A stretch of 64,000 nt of DNA, taken from positions 2,211-66,210 of the forward strand of contig WLNY01000001.1 of the NCBI GenBank assembly GCA_009699575.1, in the 5' to 3' direction. This stretch comes from Actinomycetota bacterium (GTDB lineage Bacteria; Actinomycetota; Actinomycetes; Nanopelagicales; Nanopelagicaceae). How positions within the stretch are numbered: the stretch's first letter is position 1; each line of letters starts with the position of its first letter. The notes below the pieces were generated by a model that had not been told where the DNA came from, ran no database searches, and saw nothing but the letters and a program-made list of their open reading frames with translations. This document shows positions 1-8,882 of the stretch, one piece after another. The translations under genes and the position numbers were made by a program.

Positions 1-311
1 CCAGCAGCCTCCCCGTTCTTGCCAACTCGACGCCACCAATCAGCCTGCATACGTTTTAAGAAAAGTTTCTTGTCAATCAATGAATCCATTTTGAGAAAAT
101 CGCGTCCAATTTTTGATGCAAGCGTTCTTGCGGGGTAAGCACTTTTACGTTCAGATCGAAAATTGAGATCTAGGAGGCCATAGTTATCAGTGACAAATCT
201 CAACTCCCTTGGCATGCTCGCGCAGAATTCAGGGTGACGATTGAGTATGTTTACAACAGCCGTGGTTCCACTTCGGCCCGAGCCACCAGAAAAAACCGGC
301 GTCATTGACAT
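1..311 (-). CDS. Sulfotransferase family protein, N-terminal part (runs off window edge)
   Basis: Not in ORF track. Manual translation from ATG at 311 gives MSMTPVFSGGSGRSGTTAVVNILNRHPEFCASMPRELRF..., open to base 1. GxxRSGTT is the PAPS 5'-phosphosulfate-binding loop, followed by LxxHP; TAGAAT -10-like hexamer 6 nt upstream of the ATG. Confidence 0.8.
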   Translation of the reverse strand, partial: MSMTPVFSGGSGRSGTTAVVNILNRHPEFCASMPRELRFVTDNYGLLDLNFRSERKSAYPARTLASKIGRDFLKMDSLIDKKLFLKRMQADWWRRVGKNGEAA

Positions 312-417
312 GGAAGCATTCTATGCACCGAGATATTTCCGAGAGAAGGCAATTGCATCACTTTTTCACGGTGAATTTTCTGCGAGTTTTTTCGTTTCTA
401 GCATTTACACTACAAAG

Positions 418-1053
418 GTGCTCCTTTTAATCCGAAATATCCCAGCTTTCTTTGCAACCACCATGCTCTTAGCCATTGTGCCTGGACAGGGAATGGCAAT
501 GATCTTGCGGCAATCCATTGTCGGAGGAAAACGTCCCGCCCTGTACTCCGTACTTGGAAACAGCGTGGGCTTATTGGTGTGGGGCACACTGAGCGCTATT
601 GGGCTATCAGCAATATTCGCCACATCACCATTGGCGTTCGATATATTGAAATGGACTGGTGTTGGATTTCTAGTTTTCCTATCGATACAAACTCTCTTCA
701 GTTTACGAAACAAATTTGGAAAATTCGATTTGCAGTCGCAGGCAGCTTCTCAACCGTTGAGCGCGTTCAGGCTTGGACTTCTAACTAATCTAACTAACGT
801 GAAGGCTGCTGTTTTTGCTGTTGCATTCTTGCCAACCTTTGTGCCTGATAATTTTTCACTCGCTTTGGGAATCTTCATTTTCGGTTGCCTGTGGCCACTC
901 GTTTCATCGTGCTGGTACATATTTCTAGTCTGGACAGTTGACTACTCATCGGAATATATTCAACGTCCAATAATTCGCAGGATTCTTACAGCGGTATCAG
1001 CAGTTGGTATAGCAGTACTGGCAATAGGATTAGCACTTTCATCGAATCACTAA
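418..1053 (+). CDS. LysE/RhtB family amino-acid exporter
   Basis: PGQGMAMILRQS, G(N)xxG and NLTNVKAAVF motifs, hydrophobic. Start moved from 241 to GTG 418 (TACACT 6 nt upstream; avoids overlap with the sulfotransferase). Confidence 0.85.
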   Translation: MLLLIRNIPAFFATTMLLAIVPGQGMAMILRQSIVGGKRPALYSVLGNSVGLLVWGTLSAIGLSAIFATSPLAFDILKWTGVGFLVFLSIQTLFSLRNKFGKFDLQSQAASQPLSAFRLGLLTNLTNVKAAVFAVAFLPTFVPDNFSLALGIFIFGCLWPLVSSCWYIFLVWTVDYSSEYIQRPIIRRILTAVSAVGIAVLAIGLALSSNH

Positions 1054-1401
1054 CTACTTATCCATCCCAGTACAAACGCTGGAAACATCTTCTACTGCGA
1101 GGTTAAACCCATCAACATCACTCATGGTTACCGCCGCAAGCAACGTAGTGACAGATTGAGTGAGAACTGGTTCATCTGATAACTGTGCATCGCTGTACAC
1201 ATCTTTTATCTTTTCACGTAATTCCGTATCAGTCAGAATTCCAGCGTCCAGTTCTTTCAAAGTTTTCTGAAATGCACTACAGGCCTTAGATCCCAAATCG
1301 TTCACGATGGATTGATTTGCATTCTTATCGGAGCTCGAACCGCACCCTGCGAGGACTACTGAGAGCAAGAAGAGAACTCCACCCCCTCTTAAAATTCTCA
1401 T
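1054..1401 (-). CDS. Small lipoprotein of unknown function
   Basis: Signal peptide with lipobox VLAG-C followed by Ser-rich linker; two further Cys. Start chosen at ATG 1401 (ORF track 1446). Confidence 0.65.
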   Translation of the reverse strand: MRILRGGGVLFLLSVVLAGCGSSSDKNANQSIVNDLGSKACSAFQKTLKELDAGILTDTELREKIKDVYSDAQLSDEPVLTQSVTTLLAAVTMSDVDGFNLAVEDVSSVCTGMDK

Positions 1402-1534
1402 ACGTAACGGTAAAATTAGGCCCTCGTGAGCGCGACTTGATTTCAAGAGGAATCCCCCTGTATTTAAACTTCATGTTTTCAGTCCTTTCATATTTTGATT
1501 TTCAGGGCTAATGTGGGAGCCCTAGGACGATAAA

Positions 1535-1637
1535 CAGGTAGATACAGAGTTGCCTGCGTTTTAGGGTGGGAATCCGGAGGACCCGAGCCCACTCAATAGA
1601 GCATTGAAGGGGTGATTCCAGCTGGTGCTGGAAAGCG
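1535..1637 (+). promoter_or_regulatory. Putative structured 5' leader (candidate cis-regulatory RNA)
   Basis: Stems CAGGTAG/TTGCCTG (1535-1556), GGGTGGG/CCCACTC (1564-1594), TCAAT/ATTGA (1593-1607) and TTCCAGC/GCTGGAA (1616-1633); the last covers the purine-rich RBS 4 nt before ATG 1638. Confidence 0.4.
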
Positions 1638-3050
1638 ATGGCCACCGTCGACCCCTCTGTCCTTAAACACCTTTCGCACATGCAGCCAGATTTATATTGG
1701 CTCGATTCCGATCCACACGAACCGGAATCACATCCGATGTTGGTCGGCGATACAACAACTGATTTATGCATCGTCGGTGCTGGATTTACCGGTTTATGGA
1801 CAGCTCTTCTTGCTAAACAAAGAGATCCCGAACGTGAAGTGACGATCATTGAACAGAAGGAAACTGGAGCGGGAGCTTCCGGTCGAAATGGTGGGTTTTG
1901 TAGTTCATCACTTACCCATGGATTTAATAATGGGTATTCACGATTCAAAAGTGAAATGAAGATTATTGAACGTCTCGGTCTTGAAAATATGAATAAAATT
2001 GAGGAAACAATTAAAGAATTTAACATTGACTGCGGGTATCAAAGAACTGGCGAACTTCGCGTTGCGACAGAGACTTGGCAAATTGAAGGTCTCAAAGAAG
2101 AGGCTGAGCTGCGAAATAGTTTCGGTGATCATGTGGAACTTTTGAACGAAGGAGAAATTCGTGCGCGCGTAAATTCTCCGATGTATAAAGGAGCGCTTTG
2201 GGATCCTGATGGAACTGCTCTAATAGACCCTGCACGATTGGTATGGGGTCTTGAGCGCGCGTGTATTTCCCTTGGAGTCAAAATATTTGAACATTCTAAA
2301 GTAGAGAAGATTGAGAAAACGAAAACAGGCATTGCCGTTCATTCAGCCTACGGAACCATCTACGCTCTTAAGGTGGCACTGGCAACCAACGTCTTCCCCT
2401 CCCTTATCCGCAGAGCGCGCAAATACGTAGTTCCAGTTTATGACTTTCAACTTGCTACTGAACCTCTGACTCAAGAACAACGTGAATCTATTGGGTGGAA
2501 AAATTGCGAGGGCATTTCCGAAGCTGGTAATCAGTTCCATTACTACCGCCTTACTCAAGATAACGAAATTCTCTGGGGTGGCTACGACGCTATTTATAAT
2601 TTCAAAGGAAAAGTTCGCCTTGAGTATGAAAGTGACACAGAAACCTATGCCCACTTAGCGGCGGATTTCCTCCAAACTTTTCCTCAACTAAGAGGCATCA
2701 AATTCACACACGGCTGGGGCGGCGCTATTGATACATGTTCGCGCTTCTCTCCATTTTGGGGCAAGGCGATGGGCGGCAAAGTGGCCTACGTTCTTGGTTA
2801 CACAGGGCTCGGAGTTGCTTCTACGCGATTTGGTGCTGAAGTAGTACTTGATTTACTCGATGGGGTCGACTCAGAACGCACGCGATTGAAGATGGTTCGA
2901 AAGAAGCCACTCCCATTTCCTCCGGAACCATTTCGGTTTATTTTTATCCGATTGACGCAGTGGTCTATCAATCGCGCGGATCAAAATGAGGGAAAAAGAA
3001 ATATTTGGCTTCGTTTTCTAGATGCAATCGGATTAGGTTTTGATTCCTAA
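1638..3050 (+). CDS. FAD-dependent oxidoreductase, DAO/PuuB-like (gamma-glutamylputrescine oxidase family)
   Basis: IVGAGFTGLW dinucleotide motif, GASGRNGG, YTGLGV near C-terminus; typical of actinobacterial polyamine-catabolism oxidases. Confidence 0.85.
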   Translation: MATVDPSVLKHLSHMQPDLYWLDSDPHEPESHPMLVGDTTTDLCIVGAGFTGLWTALLAKQRDPEREVTIIEQKETGAGASGRNGGFCSSSLTHGFNNGYSRFKSEMKIIERLGLENMNKIEETIKEFNIDCGYQRTGELRVATETWQIEGLKEEAELRNSFGDHVELLNEGEIRARVNSPMYKGALWDPDGTALIDPARLVWGLERACISLGVKIFEHSKVEKIEKTKTGIAVHSAYGTIYALKVALATNVFPSLIRRARKYVVPVYDFQLATEPLTQEQRESIGWKNCEGISEAGNQFHYYRLTQDNEILWGGYDAIYNFKGKVRLEYESDTETYAHLAADFLQTFPQLRGIKFTHGWGGAIDTCSRFSPFWGKAMGGKVAYVLGYTGLGVASTRFGAEVVLDLLDGVDSERTRLKMVRKKPLPFPPEPFRFIFIRLTQWSINRADQNEGKRNIWLRFLDAIGLGFDS

Positions 3051-3111
3051 ATTGAGAGGTATCTCTAGTTCTACTGCCAGGTAGTTGCTTAAGGCTCCAT
3101 AGACTGAACAG

Positions 3112-4536
3112 ATGCTCACAGAAAGTCCGCACATCGAGCCGGACATCATCCAAGGTGGAATGGGGATCGCTGTCTCATCATGGAAATTGGCAAGAGAAGT
3201 CGCAACACATGGGGCGCTAGGAGTCGTGTCAGGCACAGCTATCGACTCAGTAATTGCCAGGCGATTACAAGATGGCGATGCAGATGGATCAATCCGAAAA
3301 GCTATGAGGCACTTTCCTAATCAACAGATTGTTCACGAAATACTGGAGATGTACTTTATTGAGGGAGGGAAGGCTCAAGGACTTCCCTATACGTTACTTC
3401 CGAAAATAACTGTGGCCCCTACTTGCTTCGCCACAAATCTCATCGTTGTAAGCACTTTTATTGAAGTGTGGCTTGCTAAAGAGGGCCACTCAGGGTTGGT
3501 TGGAATTAATGCTCTTCAAAAAATTCAGATGGCGATTCCCGCACAAATATACGGGGCGATCTTGGCCGAAGTGGACTACATACTTATGGGAGCAGGCATC
3601 CCATCAGAAGTTCCGTCAATCATTAGAGACCTCTCGCAAAATAAAGTGATAACTCTTCCTATCGATGTGGCAAGTGCGAAGAGTAAGCATTTCTTGAAAT
3701 TCGACCCGCATCTAATTGCGTCTCTTCCACATTCTCCTCGCCTTCCTAAATTCTTGGCAATTATTTCATCACACGCTCTTGCTGCGTATTTGAGTCGGGA
3801 TGACACAACACGTCCCGATGGGTTCGTTGTGGAAGGGTTTAATGCAGGTGGGCACAATGCTCCACCGCGTAGCAAAGACTCCATGGGAGAAGATGGCCAA
3901 AGTAAATTCACAGATATTGACTCTGCTGACTTAAGTAAGGTTGCCAAAACCGGCTTACCATTTTGGCTTGCCGGAGGATACGGAACTCCCCTAGGTCTTG
4001 CTGAAGCAAAAAAACTCGGCGCAGTCGGAATTCAAGTTGGTTCATTATTTGCACTCGCGAAAGAATCTGGCCTCACAGATGAATTGAGGAAGAAAGTCAC
4101 TGACCTAGTTGTACAAGACTCCATGAAGGTTAGGACCGACCCGTTCGCATCTCCAACTGGATTTCCTTTTAAGATCGTTCAACTTGATGGAACGCTATCT
4201 GAATCAGAGCTATTTAGAGAAAGAAATAGACTGTGCGATTTAGGATACTTGAGAGTTCCGTTTGAAAGAACCAACGGCAGCCTAGGTTACCGATGTCCCG
4301 CGGAACCTTTAAAAACTTACACTTTCAAAAAAGGGGAATCCAAAAATGCACCCGTTGCGCATTGCTTGTGCAATGCACTTATGGCAGATGTGGGGTTGGG
4401 GCAAACACGACCAGATGGATATAAGGAATTGCCTATGCTCACGCTTGGATCTGACTTAGCTGGCATAAAGGCACTTTCAGAACTCCATGTGGCTGGATGG
4501 AATTCTCGAGATGTGCTCGATTTCCTCAGGAGCTAA
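3112..4536 (+). CDS. Nitronate monooxygenase family flavoprotein (long form)
   Basis: IIQGGMG, VVEGxxAGGH, LAGG and GIQVGS FMN-binding motifs; C-terminal Cys cluster (CDLGYLR, RCPAEP, CLCNAL). Confidence 0.85.
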   Translation: MLTESPHIEPDIIQGGMGIAVSSWKLAREVATHGALGVVSGTAIDSVIARRLQDGDADGSIRKAMRHFPNQQIVHEILEMYFIEGGKAQGLPYTLLPKITVAPTCFATNLIVVSTFIEVWLAKEGHSGLVGINALQKIQMAIPAQIYGAILAEVDYILMGAGIPSEVPSIIRDLSQNKVITLPIDVASAKSKHFLKFDPHLIASLPHSPRLPKFLAIISSHALAAYLSRDDTTRPDGFVVEGFNAGGHNAPPRSKDSMGEDGQSKFTDIDSADLSKVAKTGLPFWLAGGYGTPLGLAEAKKLGAVGIQVGSLFALAKESGLTDELRKKVTDLVVQDSMKVRTDPFASPTGFPFKIVQLDGTLSESELFRERNRLCDLGYLRVPFERTNGSLGYRCPAEPLKTYTFKKGESKNAPVAHCLCNALMADVGLGQTRPDGYKELPMLTLGSDLAGIKALSELHVAGWNSRDVLDFLRS

Positions 4537-5147
4537 GGAAGAAAATACTTTCCGTACTTAATGAGTATTGCAAGAATTATCACGGTGTATATGGCTCCGA
4601 CAATTATGTAGTCACGCCCCAACAAAAGAAACTCAACAACTTTCTCGTACTTTTCTTGGGCTAAAGAAAATGTGTTTTCCAATAGATTGACTCGAAGCAT
4701 GGTTGAAAAGACTGTGACGGTGGAAATCGTTACCAATAGGCACCATGGACAAAATGCTTTAATGACGAAGAAACTCTGCGAAAGCAACCACAGTGCGAAT
4801 ATCAGACCAAAGCCGTAGACGGCAAGTGCAGCCTTGAGAAACCAACGTGGAAAACGGACTCGACCCAAACCAGCCACCGCAAGGGTTACGACAACAGGCT
4901 CGCAAATCAGTCCGATGAATGCATTTGGAAAACCCAATAAATTTGATTGCCAAGAAGAGGCAACCTTGCCACAGGAAACAACAGCATTAATATCACAAAA
5001 TAATTTCGAACCAGCACTCTTCGCTAAGGTGATTGCATCAATGGAAAGAACTAGCGAAGCCCCAAGACTTACTAGGGATGAAATAAGCATTGCTATGTAG
5101 GTATTGCGATACTTAACCGCTGTATCGTTATTTATCTCAAGTGACAT
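4533..5147 (-). CDS. Vitamin K epoxide reductase (VKOR) family disulfide-formation membrane protein
   Basis: CDINAVVSCGKV loop cysteines, GFPN, and CPWC redox motif in a TM helix. Confidence 0.9.
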   Translation of the reverse strand: MSLEINNDTAVKYRNTYIAMLISSLVSLGASLVLSIDAITLAKSAGSKLFCDINAVVSCGKVASSWQSNLLGFPNAFIGLICEPVVVTLAVAGLGRVRFPRWFLKAALAVYGFGLIFALWLLSQSFFVIKAFCPWCLLVTISTVTVFSTMLRVNLLENTFSLAQEKYEKVVEFLLLGRDYIIVGAIYTVIILAILIKYGKYFLP

Positions 5148-5149
5148 AA

Positions 5150-5917
5150 TTAAATATATTCCTCTACGAAAGTCAGCGAATTGGCAAAAAGTAAATCATT
5201 GTCGTGATCCAAGGTGGCAACGTGATAACTATTGACTAACTCAACCCGTGATTTCTTTACAGAAGAAATTTCACTCAAGATAATCTCCGTATTAGACACG
5301 GGTAAAACATGATCTTCTGCGCTATGAAAAAGTAAAACAGGAACATCAACTTTCTTCAAACCAGCCCGAGTAATTTTCAACATTTTCGTTAGCTCATAAA
5401 TTCCAACCATTGGCAAAGCGTCGTACCCATACTCGGAAACATTCTTTCGCTTTATGTCATTTCCAACGGTCGCACGCATTGGCCGAACAACTGACATTAC
5501 CTTTGCGAGAGTCGGACCTAAACGAGGAATGTGAATCATTGGATTTACCAATACGATTCCGGCGATGTCTTTGACGTGAAGCTCGGTAATGAGAAGCGTC
5601 AGTCCTCCACCCATTGACAGTCCAAAGATAAATATCTTCTCGCAGGTTTTTTGCAGCTCTTCAAGTTCGCTTTCGACTTTCTGGGGCCATTCCTGCCATG
5701 TGATTTTATTGAGATCGTGCGGATCGGTTGCGTGACCGGGCAAGCGCGGAACTCTGACGGTAAAACCAAATCTATTCATGTACTCAGCCCAGGGGCGCAT
5801 TGACGATGGTGAGCCAGTAAAACCGTGGACTAGCAAGATTCCTATTTTTGCATGCTTACCCGAACCTGCAGCTGAAAAATCTTCAAGGTATCCCACAGGA
5901 GCGCCAGTTAATGCCAT
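5150..5917 (-). CDS. Carboxylesterase / monoacylglycerol lipase-like alpha/beta hydrolase
   Basis: HGFTGS oxyanion motif, GLSMGG nucleophile elbow, EDHV Asp, SYHVATLD His. Start at ATG 5917 (TATTCT 6 nt upstream). Confidence 0.9.
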   Translation of the reverse strand: MALTGAPVGYLEDFSAAGSGKHAKIGILLVHGFTGSPSSMRPWAEYMNRFGFTVRVPRLPGHATDPHDLNKITWQEWPQKVESELEELQKTCEKIFIFGLSMGGGLTLLITELHVKDIAGIVLVNPMIHIPRLGPTLAKVMSVVRPMRATVGNDIKRKNVSEYGYDALPMVGIYELTKMLKITRAGLKKVDVPVLLFHSAEDHVLPVSNTEIILSEISSVKKSRVELVNSYHVATLDHDNDLLFANSLTFVEEYI

Positions 5918-5944
5918 AGAGGAAGAATACGCCCCAAAGTAACG

Positions 5945-6589
5945 ATGTCTGCGCAAACCCATATTGTTGCGCCTGTGAACTTATTCGATGCAACATTTGT
6001 GGTGATTGATTTGGAGACTTCGGGTGGCTCCCCGAAGGCCGGAGTCGGTATTACCGAGATTGGCGCACTCAAAATTCGACGAGGAGAAATACTTGATGAG
6101 TTTGAGACATTTGTAAATCCCGGATCCCCCATCCCTGGTTACATCACAGACCTCACCGGAATATCGGATCACATGGTTGCAGATGCCCCCACAATGCAGC
6201 GCATCTTTCCCGAGCTCTTTGAATTCTTGGGGACACATGAGGAAAGCATCATCGTTGCGCACAATGCACCATTTGATCTCGGGTTTTTAAAAGCAGCAGC
6301 ATTGGATAATTCACATATCTGGCCCGCTTACTCCGTGGTTGATACAGCTCTTGTTGCGCGTCACATACTTACACGCGATGAAGCCCCCAACTGCAAACTT
6401 GTCACTTTGGCCGATTTTTTTAATGCATCAGTTTCGCCGACTCACAGGGCTCTCGATGATGCCCGCGCCACCGTTGATGTATTGCACGGTCTATTTGAGC
6501 GATTGGCGACTTTTGGAATTTCCACAGTTGAGGATCTTTTTGAAATGAAGAAAAAAGTTCCTAGAGTTCGGGAAAAAAGGGTGTATTAG
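5945..6589 (+). CDS. DEDDh 3'-5' exonuclease (DNA polymerase III epsilon-like)
   Basis: DLETSG (ExoI), AHNAPFD (ExoII), HRALDDA (ExoIII). Confidence 0.9.
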   Translation: MSAQTHIVAPVNLFDATFVVIDLETSGGSPKAGVGITEIGALKIRRGEILDEFETFVNPGSPIPGYITDLTGISDHMVADAPTMQRIFPELFEFLGTHEESIIVAHNAPFDLGFLKAAALDNSHIWPAYSVVDTALVARHILTRDEAPNCKLVTLADFFNASVSPTHRALDDARATVDVLHGLFERLATFGISTVEDLFEMKKKVPRVREKRVY

Positions 6590-7629
6590 CTACTCGCTAG
6601 TGAGTTACTTAAGATCGACCATTGCTTTACTAGTTCGCTGGCAGCGCCAGAATCAATCGCTTCTTCTGCGCGCGCAATCCCGGCTGAAATTCTTGTATGT
6701 ATATCTTGCTCAAGATTTCCTTCGAATGCGGCGATTGCAGCAGCAGCGTTGAGTACTACTGCATCTCTTGGAGCCCCGCGCTCGCCAGAAAAAATCGCAT
6801 TGGTTATTCGAGCATTAACAGCGGCATCGCCTCCGACAAGGTCTTCTACTGGCGCATGAGAAATATTGAAATCTAAGGGATCTACTCGTTCACTTGTAAT
6901 CTCACCCCCGCCAATAATGAGCACAGAAGTTGAGGTCGCCAAAGTAATTTCATCGAGTCCATCATCTCCGCGAAATACAAATCCATCGACGCCTCTATGG
7001 GATAAAACTTCTGCCATAAGTAGGTGCATACGATCATTTGCCACACCAATAGCCGCAGCTTTAGGTTGGGCTGGATTTGCAAGTGGCCCTAAAATATTAA
7101 ATACGGTTGGCACACCCATTTCTTTTCGAATGGGAGCAGCAAAACGCATCGCCGGATGAAACTTCTGAGCAAAACAAAATCCAATACCCAATTGCGCTAC
7201 CGTTTGTGCCACTGCCAGACCATCAAGTGAAATATTTATTCCTAGCGATTCCAGTAGGTCAGCTGACCCCGATTTAGAAGAGGCGGCTCGATTTCCATGT
7301 TTGATTACACGTGCACCAGCAGCTGCAGCAATGATGGCTGCCGTAGTGGAGATGTTTATTGTGTGAGCGCCATCTCCGCCTGTGCCAACTGTGTCCACGG
7401 CTCGCTCTTTAATCGTAATCGGCGCGCAATGTTCATACATGGCATCGACAAATGCACCGACTTCTTGCGCGGTCTCACCTTTTTGTGTGAGTTCGACCAG
7501 GAATTTCTTTACTTCTTGTGGGTCAGAGCTTCCTTCAAGAATTTGCGTCATTGCCCACTTGGCTTGTTCGGAGTCGAGGTCTAATCCAACTTCCAAAATT
7601 GCATGTACCCGAGCCCAATTCATATCCAT
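6586..7629 (-). CDS. trpD: Anthranilate phosphoribosyltransferase
   Basis: DTVGTGGDG, NIST, KHGNRAASSKSGSAD, FNILGPL and GLDEI motifs. Confidence 0.97.
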   Translation of the reverse strand: MDMNWARVHAILEVGLDLDSEQAKWAMTQILEGSSDPQEVKKFLVELTQKGETAQEVGAFVDAMYEHCAPITIKERAVDTVGTGGDGAHTINISTTAAIIAAAAGARVIKHGNRAASSKSGSADLLESLGINISLDGLAVAQTVAQLGIGFCFAQKFHPAMRFAAPIRKEMGVPTVFNILGPLANPAQPKAAAIGVANDRMHLLMAEVLSHRGVDGFVFRGDDGLDEITLATSTSVLIIGGGEITSERVDPLDFNISHAPVEDLVGGDAAVNARITNAIFSGERGAPRDAVVLNAAAAIAAFEGNLEQDIHTRISAGIARAEEAIDSGAASELVKQWSILSNSLASS

Positions 7630-7642
7630 CGAATTGGGAAAA

Positions 7643-8071
7643 CTATGCAGTGGCCAGCGAATGTGTGCGAAGCAAATCTGCGACAGTGTTAGCTAATGTG
7701 AACGGATCGATTGGGTGAATAACAGAAGCTTCCGCACGTGACCAGGCAGCCAGCCATGCATCTTGGGGGCGACCAATGATTGCAAGTACCGGAGGGCACT
7801 TAAAAACCTCGTCCTTTAATTGACGGGCCACACCAAGACCGCCTTCTGGAGTAGCTTCCCCATCAAGAATAAAGAGATCAATTGGAAAAGTTTTATCAAT
7901 TGTTTTGCGATCAATAAATGCTCGAAGCGCTGCCCCGGTGGCAAACTCATGAATCTCATGTTCAGGTAAGTCGGTTGCAATTTTTTTACCTAAGGCGTTA
8001 GTAATCCCCTGGCGGACCGATGAATCATCAGAATAGATGGCGATCTGAGTTTTTCTCTGGCTCTGAGTCAT
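7643..8071 (-). CDS. Stand-alone receiver-domain-like protein conserved near actinobacterial cta/qcr genes
   Basis: YSDD, LFILDGEATPEGGLGVARQLKDE, CPPVL; receiver fold with no output domain. Confidence 0.75.
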   Translation of the reverse strand: MTQSQRKTQIAIYSDDSSVRQGITNALGKKIATDLPEHEIHEFATGAALRAFIDRKTIDKTFPIDLFILDGEATPEGGLGVARQLKDEVFKCPPVLAIIGRPQDAWLAAWSRAEASVIHPIDPFTLANTVADLLRTHSLATA

Positions 8072-8126
8072 GTCCTTATTCTACGCAATCACAGACACAG
8101 TCGGGCGAAAATACATGCGACAACGA

Positions 8127-8142
8127 GGTGACCCGTTTCACC
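8127..8142. promoter_or_regulatory. CRP/GlxR-like operator palindrome upstream of ctaE-qcrCAB
   Basis: GGTGA-cccgtt-TCACC; matches the GTGA-N6-TCAC core of the CRP-family consensus. Confidence 0.4.
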
Positions 8143-8221
8143 CCCACAATGGGCAAAATAACGGCAGCACCATGGGCTAGGCGGTGGCAGGAGGACCCCT
8201 TTATCGGCAATAATCACCCTC

Positions 8222-8851
8222 ATGTCGAGCGCAATAGCAGCACCTAGCCACAAGATTTCCCGTCCTAACCTCGTGGCGGTCGGAACCATCGTTTGGCTCT
8301 CGAGCGAACTCATGTTCTTCGCTGCGCTATTCGCAATGTATTTCACCACTCGAGCTGTGCAAGGCCCCAAAATCTGGCTTGAGTCAACAGGTCTTTTAAA
8401 TATTCCCTTCGCAGCCACCAATACAACAGTTTTAGTATTGTCATCTGTTACCTGCCAGTTTGGTGTTTTCGCCGCTGAGCGATTTCAATCAAAGCGAACA
8501 GGTTCAATTTTTGAGATTGGTAAATGGGGAATGCGCGAATGGTTCTCTTTAACTTTTCTCATGGGAGCCTTTTTCGTTGCTGGTCAAATTTATGAGTATG
8601 CATCTCTCGTTACTGAGAGTTTGACGCTTTCATCAAATGCCTACGGTTCTGTTTTTTATATAGCTACTGGTTTTCACGGCTTACACGTAACTGGCGGGTT
8701 GATTGCATTTCTTATAGTCATGTTGCGCGTGTCAAAAGCCCGTCGATTCACTCACCAACAGGCAACAACTGCAATTGTCGTTTCTTATTACTGGCACTTT
8801 GTTGATGTTGTATGGATTGCTCTTTTCTCAGCCATTTACTTAATTAAGTAA
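8222..8851 (+). CDS. ctaE: Cytochrome c oxidase subunit III
   Basis: [21 protein letters not shown] and [10 protein letters not shown] motifs. Confidence 0.97.
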   Translation: MSSAIAAPSHKISRPNLVAVGTIVWLSSELMFFAALFAMYFTTRAVQGPKIWLESTGLLNIPFAATNTTVLVLSSVTCQFGVFAAERFQSKRTGSIFEIGKWGMREWFSLTFLMGAFFVAGQIYEYASLVTESLTLSSNAYGSVFYIATGFHGLHVTGGLIAFLIVMLRVSKARRFTHQQATTAIVVSYYWHFVDVVWIALFSAIYLIK

Positions 8852-8882
8852 CCCCATTACTAGATTTTTGAAAGGTACCTCC

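Noticed and set aside
241-417. N-terminal extension of the LysE ORF
   Set aside because: Overlaps the minus-strand sulfotransferase start; LysE similarity begins near 418.
1560-1680. Complete c-di-AMP (ydaO) riboswitch
   Set aside because: Only the central segment resembles it; the 3' CCGUCAGCUAACC part is missing, so it is reported only as an unassigned leader.
1508-2026. 172-aa minus-strand ORF and the other short antisense/alternate-frame ORFs in the track
   Set aside because: They lie opposite or within well-supported genes and show no recognisable motifs.
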